Positions 46,921 to 56,967 of a stretch of DNA of 64,000 nucleotides are shown here, piece by piece. Position 1 is the stretch's first letter. The number at the start of each line of letters is the position of its first letter. The stretch is from the NCBI GenBank assembly GCA_050952065.1, contig JBMNKF010000002.1, forward strand, positions 309,123 through 373,122, written 5' to 3'. Both the position numbers and the translations under genes were made by a program. This DNA comes from Bacillota bacterium. Its GTDB lineage: Bacteria > Bacillota > Sulfobacillia > Fermentithermobacillales > Fermentithermobacillaceae. The notes beneath the pieces were generated by a model that saw only the letters and a program-made list of their open reading frames with translations, searched no databases and had not been told where the DNA came from.

Positions 46921-48798
46921 GTGCTACAGGTAGAGTTTACGAGGCTTTCGTGGGATGATCTCAAGAGGGAACTAGGAAAAGTCGAAAAACCTGCGAGATA
47001 TGTAGGCGGGGAGATAAACGCCGTCTACAAGGACCCCAAAGATGTCTCCGTCCATTTCGCCCTTGCCTTTCCCGATGCATACGAAGTTGGCGCCAGTCAT
47101 ACAGGATCCCAAATCCTTTATAGCGTCCTCAACTCCATGGAAGGCGTTGCTTGTGAACGCTCATTTGCGCCTTGGCGAGATATGGAGGGAGTCTTGCGAA
47201 GGCGCGGCTGGCCTCTTTATACCCTGGAGAGCAGAACGCCCTTATATGCGTTTGACATAGTTGGTTTTTCGTTGCAGTACGAGCTCACCTATACCAATGT
47301 CCTCGCGATGCTGGATTTGGGTGGCATCCCCTTGCACACTCGGGACAGGCGTGAAGACCATCCCCTGGTTGTGGCCGGGGGGCCTTGTGCTATGGCGCCT
47401 GAACCCTTGGTGGATTTCATCGACGCCTTTGCTTTGGGAGACGGCGAAGACACTGTTCAAGACATAGTAGAAACGTACCGGAGATGGAGGGCATCCGGCC
47501 GGTCCAGGATCACTCTTTTGCAGGCACTGTCCGAGATACAGGGTGTCTACGTACCCTCCCTATACGAAGTCGAGTACAATCCGGACGGGACCGTGTCTTC
47601 CATCGAACCTAAGGAGTCCGGCGGGTACAGAGCCCGCCCCGCAGTTAGTAGGAGAGTCCTGTCTTCTCTGGAAGGGGCACCGTACCCCGTAGAACCGGTC
47701 ATCCCGCTCATCCCGCCGATCCACGACAGAGCTGTGGTCGAGATATTCAGGGGTTGCACTCAAGGCTGCCGGTTTTGCCAAGCCGGCACCATTTACCGCC
47801 CTGTAAGAGAACGGGATCCCGGGTCTGTGCGAGACCTGGCAAGGGACATATTGGAGAGATCGGGATACGATGAGGTTTCCCTGATGTCCCTCTCGTCAGC
47901 GGACTACTCCTTCATCAAGGAGATTCTGGAGGACTTGATTAAGAATCCGTGTGGGGCTAAGGTTTCGCTGCCGTCTTTGAGGGTAGACTCGTTTTCCGTG
48001 GGACTCGCCCGCGATCTGGGTTCATCTACAAAGACCGGGCTCACTCTGGCGCCGGAGGCCGGATCTCAACGACTGAGGGATGCAATCAACAAGCGAGTGA
48101 CCGAGGATGAGATCATGGATGCGGTGTACCACGCCTTTTGCGCCGACTATGATCGAATAAAGCTTTACTTCATGATAGGACTGCCCGGGGAAACCGACGA
48201 AGATGTCATCGCCATAGGGCACCTGGCCCACAACATAAGGAAACTGGGACGGGATTTGGGGAGGAGGCCTACAGTGGTGGTCTCTGTATCGGGGTTCGTT
48301 CCCAAACCTCACACTCCTTTCCAGTGGGATGTCTGTGTGCCTTCTGACGAGATCATGAGGAGACAGAGACTCTTGGGGCAGAACCTCCGAGGGCCCGGTC
48401 TTGACTACAAGTATCACGATGCCGCTCTCACTCGTCTGGAAGCGGTATTTGCCAGAGGCGACAGGCGATTGTCCCGGGCAGTGGAACTTGCATACCACAA
48501 GGGAAGGCGTTTTGATTCATGGCCGGATGAGTTCGACGCAGGCGTCTGGGAGGAAGCCTTTGCAGAATCCGGAATAGACCCGGATTTCTACGCCTATCGG
48601 GAACGGAGTTATCACGAGGTTCTTCCTTGGGAACACCTGCATTCGGGTGTCAGCAAATCGTATCTTTGGCAGGAAAGAGAACGGTCAAGAGAGTTCGTCA
48701 CCACCCCAGACTGCCGGGGCCTTTGTACGGGGTGCGGCGTTTGTCCTGACTTGGGAGTAGAGATGCGCATAGCGTCTACCAAGGAGAGAGCGCAGTGA
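46921..48798 (+). CDS. Radical SAM protein, TIGR03960-like (B12-binding-like N-domain)
   Basis: 625 aa, cluster motif CTQGCRFCQAG. Conserved partnership with the following DUF2344-type gene and rng. Confidence 0.8.
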   Translation: MLQVEFTRLSWDDLKRELGKVEKPARYVGGEINAVYKDPKDVSVHFALAFPDAYEVGASHTGSQILYSVLNSMEGVACERSFAPWRDMEGVLRRRGWPLYTLESRTPLYAFDIVGFSLQYELTYTNVLAMLDLGGIPLHTRDRREDHPLVVAGGPCAMAPEPLVDFIDAFALGDGEDTVQDIVETYRRWRASGRSRITLLQALSEIQGVYVPSLYEVEYNPDGTVSSIEPKESGGYRARPAVSRRVLSSLEGAPYPVEPVIPLIPPIHDRAVVEIFRGCTQGCRFCQAGTIYRPVRERDPGSVRDLARDILERSGYDEVSLMSLSSADYSFIKEILEDLIKNPCGAKVSLPSLRVDSFSVGLARDLGSSTKTGLTLAPEAGSQRLRDAINKRVTEDEIMDAVYHAFCADYDRIKLYFMIGLPGETDEDVIAIGHLAHNIRKLGRDLGRRPTVVVSVSGFVPKPHTPFQWDVCVPSDEIMRRQRLLGQNLRGPGLDYKYHDAALTRLEAVFARGDRRLSRAVELAYHKGRRFDSWPDEFDAGVWEEAFAESGIDPDFYAYRERSYHEVLPWEHLHSGVSKSYLWQERERSREFVTTPDCRGLCTGCGVCPDLGVEMRIASTKERAQ

Positions 48799-49454
48799 GA
48801 GTGCGGGTGGTATATCAAAAAGGCGATCTAGTCCGTTTCCTTTCTCATCTTGATGTCATGAGGGTTCTGGTCATGGCCATGGCCAGGGCAAAGTGGCCGG
48901 TGCAGATGTCCCTGGGATTTTCCCCTAAGCCCAAGGTATCCTTCTATGCGCCGCTTCCCGTCGGGACAAGCGGCCGGGAGGAGTATTTCGATGCTATCCT
49001 ATCCCGGGCTGTGAACGTATCTTGCCTGGCCAGATCCCTTTCTGGAAGCCTGCCCAAAGGGTTTGGAGTCTCCCAAGTGTTCTTGGTGCCAGATGGCCAG
49101 GAATCCTTGGAGGAAAAGATCGTTGCGTCAGTTTACGCTCTGGATCTCAAGGGGGTGGAACGTCAGGCTATGTCCAGGGCAGTGGACGCGTTCTTGAAAG
49201 AAGAGCGAGTTTTATTTCAGGTCAGAAGACCCAAAGACACGAGGACTGTAGACCTCCGTGGGTATGTTCGCGATTTTTGTGTCGAAGCCGAAAAGGGTTT
49301 GAGAGACGACCATCTGGGTCTTGTCATGACTGTGACCCACGATAAAGGTCGGACCATCAGGCCCCAGTGGGTGTTGTCGGCCTTATCCCGGTTCGGGCTG
49401 AACCTCGACCCACTCGAGGCAATCATTGACAGAAGGAAGATACTATTTGACTAA
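48795..49454 (+). CDS. Radical-SAM-associated protein, TIGR03936/DUF2344-like
   Basis: 219 aa, MRVRVVYQKGDLVRFLSHLDVMRV start typical of this family. 4-nt overlap with the upstream radical SAM gene. Confidence 0.75.
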   Translation: MRVRVVYQKGDLVRFLSHLDVMRVLVMAMARAKWPVQMSLGFSPKPKVSFYAPLPVGTSGREEYFDAILSRAVNVSCLARSLSGSLPKGFGVSQVFLVPDGQESLEEKIVASVYALDLKGVERQAMSRAVDAFLKEERVLFQVRRPKDTRTVDLRGYVRDFCVEAEKGLRDDHLGLVMTVTHDKGRTIRPQWVLSALSRFGLNLDPLEAIIDRRKILFD

Positions 49455-49566
49455 TACAGAGGAAGTTTTGGTTCCCGCCAAGTCTGCCAAGAGGAAATAC
49501 CGGCGGAGAACCCCTAAGGTTAATCACAATGCAGAACCGCAATTGGATGCAGAACCCCGACCGATC

Positions 49567-51273
49567 ATGAACAGGGAGATCCTTGTTAACGCAAACCGCG
49601 ACGAGACCAGAGTTGCTGTAGTGGAGGACGGCGCGGTGGTGGAGTTTTACTCCGAGAGACCCAGTAGCCAGAAGATCGCCGGCAATATCGTCCTGGGAAA
49701 AGTCACTAATGTCCTCCCTGGTATGCAGGCTGCTTTCATTGAGATCGGCGAAGAGAAGAATGCCTTTCTATATGTGGACGATGCGCTGATGCCTCCTAAT
49801 CTGGAGGATGCCGAAGGCGCAATCACCGTCAAGCGTAGAAAGAAGCGCACCATATCCGAACTGGTCAAGCCGGGACAGGAAGTGCTGGTTCAGGTAGTCA
49901 AAGAGGCGATTGGCACTAAAGGGGCCCGGGTAACTCGCCATGTGACCTTCCCCGGGCGTTACCTCGTACTAATGCCTACAGTGAGCTATGTGGGCGTGTC
50001 CAGGAGAATAACTGACGAGGAAGAAAGACAGCGTCTGCGGAAGATCGCCAAGTCCATAAAACCTAAGGACATGGGAGTCATAATCCGCACTGTGGCTGAG
50101 ACCAAGACCGAGGAAGAGCTCCGGCAAGACCTAACCTTTCTACTGAAGATTTGGGAGCGTGTTCAAGCCAAAGCCCAGAGCGTCAAAGCCCCTGCGATCA
50201 TCCACAAGGATCTTGGCCTGGTGTTTCGGGTCGTAAGAGACGAGCTTAACCAAGAAACGACGCGGATGCTTGTTGATGATGTGAACACCTACAGCAAGAT
50301 ACTGGAACTTCTGGACACCACATCCCCGGAGATGAAAGACCGGGTGATGTACTATCGAGACAAGGAATTCCCCCTGTTCAGTCTGTACGGGGTGGAAGCG
50401 GCCATAGAAAAGGCCCTTCAAAGACAGGTGTGGCTCCGATCCGGCGGCTACATCGTGATAGACAAGACCGAAGCTTTGACAGTCATCGACGTTAACACTG
50501 GGCGCTATGTAGGTACCAAGAACCTTTCTGACACCGTGTTCAAGATCAATATGGAAGCGTGCAAAGAGATTTCCAGGCAGCTTCGTTTGAGGGACATAGG
50601 TGGCATTATAGTCGTGGATTTCATAGACATGGACAAACCGGAGCACAGGGAACAACTCATAGAAGAGCTTGAGAGGCAGCTTAAGCACGATCACACCAAG
50701 ACGGTGGTCTTAGGCATAACCAATCTTGGACTTTTGGAAATGACCCGAAAAAAGGTACGTCAGAGTATAGATGCGGTCATGACTAGGATGTGCCCCTATT
50801 GCGGAGGAAAGGGTGTTGTTCTCTCAGAAGAGACGGTGGCAGGGAGGGTCAGGCGCGAGATCCGACGGACCTTGGCGAACTCTCAGTGCGAGGCCATGCT
50901 GGTAGAGGTTCACCCGAGCGTAGCTTCCCACCTTATAGGACCAGGGGGTTCGAACCTTAAGGATTTGGAGGAGGAGACGGGGCGCAGTATCTTCATACGC
51001 GGTTCTGAATCTTTGCATCTCGAGGAGATGAATGTTAAGGCGCTCGGCACTCGCCAGGAAATCTCCTTGAAGGCGATTCCGGTTAAGCCCGGCGACCGAT
51101 TGGAAGTCGTCGTTGAGGAAGCCCACGGTCAGAATCCAAAAAACGGGATTGCACGGATCGAAGGGTACATTTTGGATATTGAGAACGCCGGGTCCAAAGT
51201 GGGCCAAAAAGTTGCGGTTAGGGTCTTGGAATGTCACCGGACATTCGCAAAGGCTAAAATTGCCGTTTCTTGA
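49567..51273 (+). CDS. rng: Ribonuclease G/E family endoribonuclease
   Basis: S1 domain GNIVLGKVTNVLPGMQAAFIEIG, catalytic-core motifs (VIDVNTG, GGIIVVDFIDM), zinc-link CPYCGGKG. The start at MNREILV (49567) is preferred; 49426 is possible. Confidence 0.88.
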   Translation: MNREILVNANRDETRVAVVEDGAVVEFYSERPSSQKIAGNIVLGKVTNVLPGMQAAFIEIGEEKNAFLYVDDALMPPNLEDAEGAITVKRRKKRTISELVKPGQEVLVQVVKEAIGTKGARVTRHVTFPGRYLVLMPTVSYVGVSRRITDEEERQRLRKIAKSIKPKDMGVIIRTVAETKTEEELRQDLTFLLKIWERVQAKAQSVKAPAIIHKDLGLVFRVVRDELNQETTRMLVDDVNTYSKILELLDTTSPEMKDRVMYYRDKEFPLFSLYGVEAAIEKALQRQVWLRSGGYIVIDKTEALTVIDVNTGRYVGTKNLSDTVFKINMEACKEISRQLRLRDIGGIIVVDFIDMDKPEHREQLIEELERQLKHDHTKTVVLGITNLGLLEMTRKKVRQSIDAVMTRMCPYCGGKGVVLSEETVAGRVRREIRRTLANSQCEAMLVEVHPSVASHLIGPGGSNLKDLEEETGRSIFIRGSESLHLEEMNVKALGTRQEISLKAIPVKPGDRLEVVVEEAHGQNPKNGIARIEGYILDIENAGSKVGQKVAVRVLECHRTFAKAKIAVS

Positions 51274-51338
51274 CACGTTTTCAGCCGGCGTGCTAGACTG
51301 TTACGGTTACTTGCCAAGAGAGTAGGGGGTTTCCCAAG

Positions 51339-51650
51339 TTGTACGCAATTCTCAGTACAGGTGGAAAGCAGTACAGAGTATCCCCTGGACAGGTAGTCAG
51401 GGTTGAGAAACTTGACGGCCAGAAAGGCGATGCTTTTGTATTTGACAGGATACTAGCCGTATCAAGCGATGGCGATATCAAAGTCGGAAGCCCTTACTTA
51501 GAGGGTGCCCAGGTTAGGGGGACCATAGTGCGCCAGGGCAAAGCCCGCAAGGTTTTGGTTTTCAAGTACAGGGCCAAAACCAACTACAGGCGGCGCATTG
51601 GCCACAGACAGCCGTTTACGGAAGTCAGAATCGACGCCATAGAGGCGTAG
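51339..51650 (+). CDS. rplU: 50S ribosomal protein L21
   Basis: MYAILSTGGKQYRVSPGQVVRVEKL (TTG start). Confidence 0.97.
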   Translation: MYAILSTGGKQYRVSPGQVVRVEKLDGQKGDAFVFDRILAVSSDGDIKVGSPYLEGAQVRGTIVRQGKARKVLVFKYRAKTNYRRRIGHRQPFTEVRIDAIEA

Positions 51651-51666
51651 GGGCCAGAGAGGTCTC

Positions 51667-51999
51667 GTGATCAGGGTTAAGGTCCTAGAGTCGCGAGGGA
51701 CAACCGTGGGCTACACCGTAGAGGGACACGCGGAATTCGGCCCAAGCGGCAACGATATTGTGTGCGCGGGGGTTTCGGCAATTTCTCAGGCTGCACTCAT
51801 GGTATTACAGGAGTCTTTGGGACCCAGGGTGAGGTCTGAACGCAGGGAAGGTTTCTTAAGCGTTTTGCTGGCAGAACAAGATGCTTTACAGCCTGGACCG
51901 GCGTGGGCTTTGCGGACCGTGGTGTTAGGGGTTGAATCAATAGCCAAGGTCCATCCTAGGTCCGTGGAGGTTTCTTACACCGAAGCAGAAAACCGATGA
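51667..51999 (+). CDS. prp: Ribosomal-processing cysteine protease Prp (YsxB)
   Basis: 110 aa between rplU and rpm[23 protein letters not shown] carries the His/Cys dyad context. Confidence 0.9.
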   Translation: MIRVKVLESRGTTVGYTVEGHAEFGPSGNDIVCAGVSAISQAALMVLQESLGPRVRSERREGFLSVLLAEQDALQPGPAWALRTVVLGVESIAKVHPRSVEVSYTEAENR

Positions 52000-52025
52000 A
52001 AGCTTTTTGGAAGGAGGGGAACGGT

Positions 52026-52346
52026 ATGTTCGATATCGATCTCCAACTGTTTGCTCGCAAGAAGGGAATGGGGAGTTCCAGGAACGGGCGAGACTCCAAG
52101 CCCAAGATGCTTGGGATCAAAAGCCACGACGGAGAGTATGTCTTGGCCGGAAGCATTATTGTGAGGCAGCGTGGAACTAGGATTCACCCCGGGCTGAATG
52201 TGGGGCTGGGGCGTGACCACACCATATACGCCAAAGCCGATGGCTTCGTGGCGTTCCATCGGAAGGGTAAGAATGGTAAGGTAGTCTCTATTCTCACTGA
52301 GGAGCCCATGGTTGAAGCCGCTCAGGTATCTGGCGGCGATAATTAG
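52026..52346 (+). CDS. rpmA: 50S ribosomal protein L27 (with Prp-cleaved N-terminal extension)
   Basis: [32 protein letters not shown]...; GGAAGGAGGGG RBS. Confidence 0.95.
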   Translation: MFDIDLQLFARKKGMGSSRNGRDSKPKMLGIKSHDGEYVLAGSIIVRQRGTRIHPGLNVGLGRDHTIYAKADGFVAFHRKGKNGKVVSILTEEPMVEAAQVSGGDN

Positions 52347-52375
52347 ACTAAGATCGAAGATACGTGGAGAACAGA

Positions 52376-52403
52376 GCGGCGGAGGATATCCGCCGCTTTT
52401 TGT
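52376..52403 (+). terminator. Rho-independent terminator after rpmA
   Basis: Stem GCGGCGGA / TCCGCCGC with a 5-nt loop, followed by TTTTTGTG. Confidence 0.8.
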
Positions 52404-52487
52404 GCCAAAGAGGCGTTGGGCAGAAGACATGCACGAAGAGCCACAAGCAGGGAAAACAGGTGCGTAGCCCCTTGAGGAGGTCGTTAA

Positions 52488-53519
52488 GTGACACGTTTTA
52501 TTGACACCGTCAGGATCTATGTGAAGGCTGGAGACGGCGGTAACGGGTGCGTTGCCTTTCGGCGCGAAAAGTACGTCCCTCGTGGCGGTCCAAGTGGCGG
52601 TGACGGTGGGCGCGGGGGCGATGTTATCTTAAGGGCGGATTCTGGCCTTAACACGCTTTACGATTTCAAGTACCGCCCCCACCTCAAAGCCAAGAACGGA
52701 AGGCCGGGCATGGGCGACAAGATGACCGGCAGAAGTGGGGACGATCTTGTGGTAGATGTTCCCTTGGGAACCACCGTAAAGGATTCGGAAACCGGCGAAA
52801 TCTTAGCCGACTTGGTCAATCATGGAGACCAAGTGGTGGTCGCCAAGGGAGGACGCGGCGGACGAGGCAACTGCCACTTTGCCACTCCTACCAACAGAGC
52901 ACCAAGGCACTACGAAGAGGGTGCTCCGGGCCAAGAGCGCACCATTGACCTGGAACTCCGGTCTATCGCCGACGTTGGTCTCGTTGGCCTGCCCAATGCC
53001 GGGAAATCCACTCTCTTGCGCGCCATCTCAAATGCTACCCCCGAAGTGGGTCCTTACCCGTTTACTACCCTCACTCCTCATCTTGGAGTCGTGGATGTCC
53101 CCAATAGCCACGGACAAAAGTTCGTGGTTGCCGATATTCCCGGACTCATAGAAGGGGCGAGCCAGGGAAAAGGCCTGGGGCACCAGTTCTTGAGGCACAT
53201 TGAGAGGACTTCCGTTCTATTATATGTAGTGGACGCTACGGGATTTGATGGGGATCCGCTTAAGGATTTTGAAGGGGTTCGCCGCGAGGTCATGTCCTAC
53301 AGTGAGGGTATGCGCCGCAAGAAGAGCGTTGTGGCTTTGAATAAGATCGATCTGCTGAGTTCGCCTGATGAGATCACCTACTTGACGAACACACTACAGG
53401 AGATGAGCCAGGCGCCCGTATTTGCCATTTCTAGTCAACACGGCGAGGGCGTCCACGATCTCATTATCTGCCTGTTTCAGGTAGTATCTGAGAATATACC
53501 AGGATTAGACGCTCAATAG
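52488..53519 (+). CDS. obg: GTPase Obg/CgtA
   Basis: FIDTVRIYVKAGDGGNGCVAFRREKYVPRGGPSGGDGGRGGDV, G1 GLPNAGKST, G3 DIPGLIEGA, G4 NKID. Confidence 0.96.
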   Translation: MTRFIDTVRIYVKAGDGGNGCVAFRREKYVPRGGPSGGDGGRGGDVILRADSGLNTLYDFKYRPHLKAKNGRPGMGDKMTGRSGDDLVVDVPLGTTVKDSETGEILADLVNHGDQVVVAKGGRGGRGNCHFATPTNRAPRHYEEGAPGQERTIDLELRSIADVGLVGLPNAGKSTLLRAISNATPEVGPYPFTTLTPHLGVVDVPNSHGQKFVVADIPGLIEGASQGKGLGHQFLRHIERTSVLLYVVDATGFDGDPLKDFEGVRREVMSYSEGMRRKKSVVALNKIDLLSSPDEITYLTNTLQEMSQAPVFAISSQHGEGVHDLIICLFQVVSENIPGLDAQ

Positions 53520-53608
53520 AAGGATTTCCGGTGAGAGCGGCGAATGGAAGCTACTAGAAACAGAGTGTTAGATGTGCATGTGTGTCCAGTGCCTTGGAGG
53601 ATTGGTGA

Positions 53609-54280
53609 GTGACTGCAATTGGAATAATGGGCGGTACCTTTGATCCTATTCATTTCGGGCATCTCAGGGCTGCTGATGAAGTGCTAGAGGGGTTCGGGCT
53701 TGAGAAGGTCATATTCGTTCCGTCTGGCAGACCTCCCCACAAGCCGTCTGGAAGTGTGGCGTCCCCCATGCACCGTTACATCATGACACAACTGGCTACT
53801 TCCGACCATCCTCACTTCAGAGTGTCCAGGGTCGAAATCGACAGAGAAGGCACTTCTTACACTGTAGATACTCTGAAAGCATTGAGACAGCAGCATAAGC
53901 CCCCCCAAACCCTCTATTTCATAACTGGACTTGACGCCATTCTTCAGATTTCTACTTGGAAGAACCACCTCGATCTTTTCGATCTGTCAGACTTCATCGC
54001 TGTGACTAGACCCGGTTATAGCCCCGAGGGACTCCACGACTTACGGAATACTCTGGGGGCTTCTAGATTCGCTAAGATTCATTTCTTTCCGATCACCCTT
54101 CTCGATATAACCTCGACAGAGATTAGAAGAAAGGTTCGAGAGGGGAAATCCATCAGGTACCTTGTACCTGATCCGGTTGCGAATTTCATAGAAAAGGAGC
54201 GTCTTTACTTTCAGGACCCCGAGAGGCGCCTTGATACGACGGGTGGATCGCGGAAGATTACTTGCCGTGTCCTCAGTTGA
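53609..54280 (+). CDS. nadD: Nicotinate-nucleotide adenylyltransferase
   Basis: GIMGGTFDPIHFGHL, YFITGLDA, ISSTEIR-like ITSTEIRRKV. Confidence 0.92.
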   Translation: MTAIGIMGGTFDPIHFGHLRAADEVLEGFGLEKVIFVPSGRPPHKPSGSVASPMHRYIMTQLATSDHPHFRVSRVEIDREGTSYTVDTLKALRQQHKPPQTLYFITGLDAILQISTWKNHLDLFDLSDFIAVTRPGYSPEGLHDLRNTLGASRFAKIHFFPITLLDITSTEIRRKVREGKSIRYLVPDPVANFIEKERLYFQDPERRLDTTGGSRKITCRVLS

Positions 54281-54318
54281 CGTGCCCCTAAGGGTAGAGG
54301 AGAGACCTCAGGGAGGAG

Positions 54319-54582
54319 GTGAATTGCGTGAAGACACTATACGTGGGAAATCTGCCCTGGAGCACGACTGACGAGGAACTCGCTCAAGCATTTAGCCAGT
54401 TCGTAGAAGTGGTCGGCTGTCGCATTATCACTGACCGGGCGACCGGAAGGTCTCGCGGGTTCGGCTTTGTGGAAGTCAATGATGCCGATGTTGAGAGAGC
54501 GATCGAGGCGGTCAACGGAACAGTTCTAGGGGGTCGCCAAATCATCGTAAACGAAGCCAGACCGCGTCAGCCTAAGTATTAG
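54319..54582 (+). CDS. RRM-type RNA-binding protein
   Basis: RNP2 LYVGNL and RNP1 RGFGFVEV. ~85 aa. Confidence 0.9.
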   Translation: MNCVKTLYVGNLPWSTTDEELAQAFSQFVEVVGCRIITDRATGRSRGFGFVEVNDADVERAIEAVNGTVLGGRQIIVNEARPRQPKY

Positions 54583-54611
54583 AATTTTCCATGAATAATG
54601 CAATCATGCTT

Positions 54612-54656
54612 AGCCTCCCTTCTCTGACCATAAGATGTGGAGGCTCTTCGTTTTTT
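54612..54656 (+). terminator. Rho-independent terminator after the RRM gene
   Basis: Stem AGCCTCC / GGAGGCT (20-nt loop) followed by CTTCGTTTTTT. Confidence 0.6.
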
Positions 54657-54863
54657 GGAACTCCCGGTGTCCCTACGCGTCTAAAGGTTCGTGGCCTGTT
54701 TGAACCGATTGCCAGAGCAAACCGACGCGCGGCAAGTAAGCCATGGTCTAGCAGGCCTATTACTTGATATTGCCAGCGAGGTCCATCAGCGGATCTTTTG
54801 CCGGAGGCAAAGCCTCACGGTATAATAGTCAGAACAGACAATGTGAGGCTGTCCCTCGCCTCC

Positions 54864-56318
54864 ATGAGGAAACTGTTGCTCTTGGGGCAAAGCGGCAGGA
54901 GTCATAGACCAGGGAACCACAGGCGAAACGGGATCCGGAAACGGTGGTGGTTTCAGTTGAGATCTCGCAGAGATCGCAGAAATGGAGTCCAACGAGACGA
55001 ATACAGAGACAACCTACACGACGAACTGGGTGAAATTGAAGAGACCCGGGTATTTAGGCGTGAACAGGTAGAGAAGCCTCGTCGTCGTGGCTCTTGGTTC
55101 CGTGTCGTTGGAGCGGTTTTAGGGGCGGTTTTGCTCTTTGGCGGCGGGGCCGTCTTGGGTTTTGTGAAGTTTGCTTCGAACCCTCCCTCTGGACTCATTT
55201 CACCTGATGATCAAGCCGAATTCCAGGGTAGGATAAACATCCTAGTGCTGGGGATAGACACCGGCGTCAACGGTGGCAGTAAGTCGTTGTCGCCTGAGGG
55301 AAAACGTTCAGACGTGATCATGGTAGTGAGCGTTGACCCAGAGCTCGAAGAGGTGGGTATTCTCTCAGTTCCAAGAGATACCAGGGCGTTCATCCCCAAA
55401 GACAATAGCTCTTACGAGAAGATCGGACATGCCCACGCCTACGGTGGGCCTGACCTGGCGGTAAAGGCCGTGGAGATGCTCCTAAAGGTGCCCATTCACC
55501 ACTATGTACGAGTCGATTTTGAAGGTTTCAAGAGGGTAGTGGATCGTCTCGGCGGTATTGATATCGATGTGCCTGAGAACATGTATTACAAAGACCCCTA
55601 CCAAGACCTGATCATCAATATTCCCAAGGGTCCTCGCCACCTCGATGGAGAGGCAGCGCTCAGTTTTGTGCGATACCGTCAGTACACTACGGGCGACATC
55701 GGCCGTATCCAGGCTCAGGAGCTGTTCATCAAGGCCCTCATCAAGAAAGCCGTGAGCCTCCAAAATGCCTTCAAGATCCCAGATTTGATCGGAGAAATGC
55801 TGCCCTATTTCTACACAAGTCTGAGCACTGAAGACCTACTGTACCTGGGAACCGTGGCGGTTAAGATACAGCCGGAAGACGTCCACATGGGGCTAGTGCC
55901 CGGCACCTTCGAGGATCGGGTTGAAGGGCAATCCTTGGTGAGCTACTGGACTCACGATGTAGCGGGCACCGAGAAGATCGTTTCTGAACTCATCGATGGC
56001 GTCGATCCGCAGCGAAACAGCGAGATTAGGGTTGCCGTAGAAAACGGATGCGGAATCACCGGCGCGGCAGACAAGTTGGCCACCATATTGAGAGATGAAG
56101 GTTTTCAGGTTGTGTCGGTGGGGAACGCTAAGCGACAAGACTACACAACTACCACCGTGAAGGCGACCGGGGAACAGCAGCGTGGCCAGGTGCTAGTGCT
56201 TAGGAGCGTTAAGTCTATCTGCTCACAAGTGGAAGCCATAAAGGCCAAGGACAAGGATATCCCCGAAGATGCCGATGTACTGGTTATCATCGGCCGGGAT
56301 TTCCAGATGCCCATTTAA
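54864..56318 (+). CDS. LytR-CpsA-Psr (LCP) family cell-wall glycopolymer transferase with a LytR_C domain
   Basis: Basic cytoplasmic tail, TM (VVGAVLGAVLLFGGGAVLGFV), LCP core (RINILVLGID..RSDVIMVVSV..SVPRDT..GGIDIDVP). The C-terminal IRVAVENGCGITGAADKLA is a LytR_C-type domain. The start is uncertain (54798-54864). Confidence 0.85.
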   Translation: MRKLLLLGQSGRSHRPGNHRRNGIRKRWWFQLRSRRDRRNGVQRDEYRDNLHDELGEIEETRVFRREQVEKPRRRGSWFRVVGAVLGAVLLFGGGAVLGFVKFASNPPSGLISPDDQAEFQGRINILVLGIDTGVNGGSKSLSPEGKRSDVIMVVSVDPELEEVGILSVPRDTRAFIPKDNSSYEKIGHAHAYGGPDLAVKAVEMLLKVPIHHYVRVDFEGFKRVVDRLGGIDIDVPENMYYKDPYQDLIINIPKGPRHLDGEAALSFVRYRQYTTGDIGRIQAQELFIKALIKKAVSLQNAFKIPDLIGEMLPYFYTSLSTEDLLYLGTVAVKIQPEDVHMGLVPGTFEDRVEGQSLVSYWTHDVAGTEKIVSELIDGVDPQRNSEIRVAVENGCGITGAADKLATILRDEGFQVVSVGNAKRQDYTTTTVKATGEQQRGQVLVLRSVKSICSQVEAIKAKDKDIPEDADVLVIIGRDFQMPI

Positions 56319-56398
56319 CAGTTGGGTTTTGAGACGGGAGGTCGAGGTTCATAGACACTGCCGACGGGTTGGGGCGACGGTCCTACAAGGAAAGAGTG

Positions 56399-56821
56399 AT
56401 GAAAGAGCGTGAAGAAGCCAAGAAGCTGGCGCTTCAGATCGTTTCTGCTCTTGACGAAAGCAAAGGGTTTCGATTGGTTGTTCTGGATGTTCACGAACTG
56501 ACTCTCATAGCCGACTACTTCGTGATAGCTTCTGGGGCAAACCAAAGGCACGTGAAGTCTTTGGCGGACCGTCTCATTGACGGTCCTGGGTTTTCGCGCC
56601 GCCCTAACCACGTTGAGGGATACGCCCTTGGCCGGTGGATCCTTCTGGATTATGGGGATGTGGTGGTCCACGTATTTCTGGACGAAGAAAGGTCTTTCTA
56701 CGGACTCGAAAGGCTGTGGGGCGATGCCCCAGAACTTGAGGACCTGGGTCAGGACCTGGTATCAGTTGAGACAGTTGAGCCGGTTAGCCAGCCAGATCGG
56801 TTACCTAGCCAAACCGGTTAG
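56399..56821 (+). CDS. rsfS: Ribosome silencing factor RsfS (iojap-like) with a repeat-derived C-terminal extension
   Basis: ALDESKGFRLVVLDVHELTLIADYFVIASGANQRHVKSLADRL...WILLDYGDVVVHVF. The last ~25 aa are encoded by CCGGTTAGCC-type word repeats. Confidence 0.9.
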   Translation: MKEREEAKKLALQIVSALDESKGFRLVVLDVHELTLIADYFVIASGANQRHVKSLADRLIDGPGFSRRPNHVEGYALGRWILLDYGDVVVHVFLDEERSFYGLERLWGDAPELEDLGQDLVSVETVEPVSQPDRLPSQTG

Positions 56822-56967
56822 CCTGCTAAATCCGTCCGGTTAAGCCGGTCAGTCAATCAAGTCGGTTGGCCGGTTGAGCCAGTGACCTCTGAACGAAGTT
56901 CAAAATAGGTAGTGCACCTATTGCGGACAAGCTCTTCGGGAATCTGACAAAGGAAGGAGTCTGAGAC

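Noticed and set aside
51274-51338. L21 ribosomal leader RNA upstream of rplU
   Set aside because: Only 65 nt are available and I cannot verify the conserved structure by eye. It is plausible but unsupported.
52488-53519. Obg appears short (343 aa, no C-terminal TGS/Obg_CT-like domain): possible truncation
   Set aside because: The ORF ends cleanly after a complete G domain. No continuation is visible in another frame, and short Obg forms exist, so it is not treated as a pseudogene.
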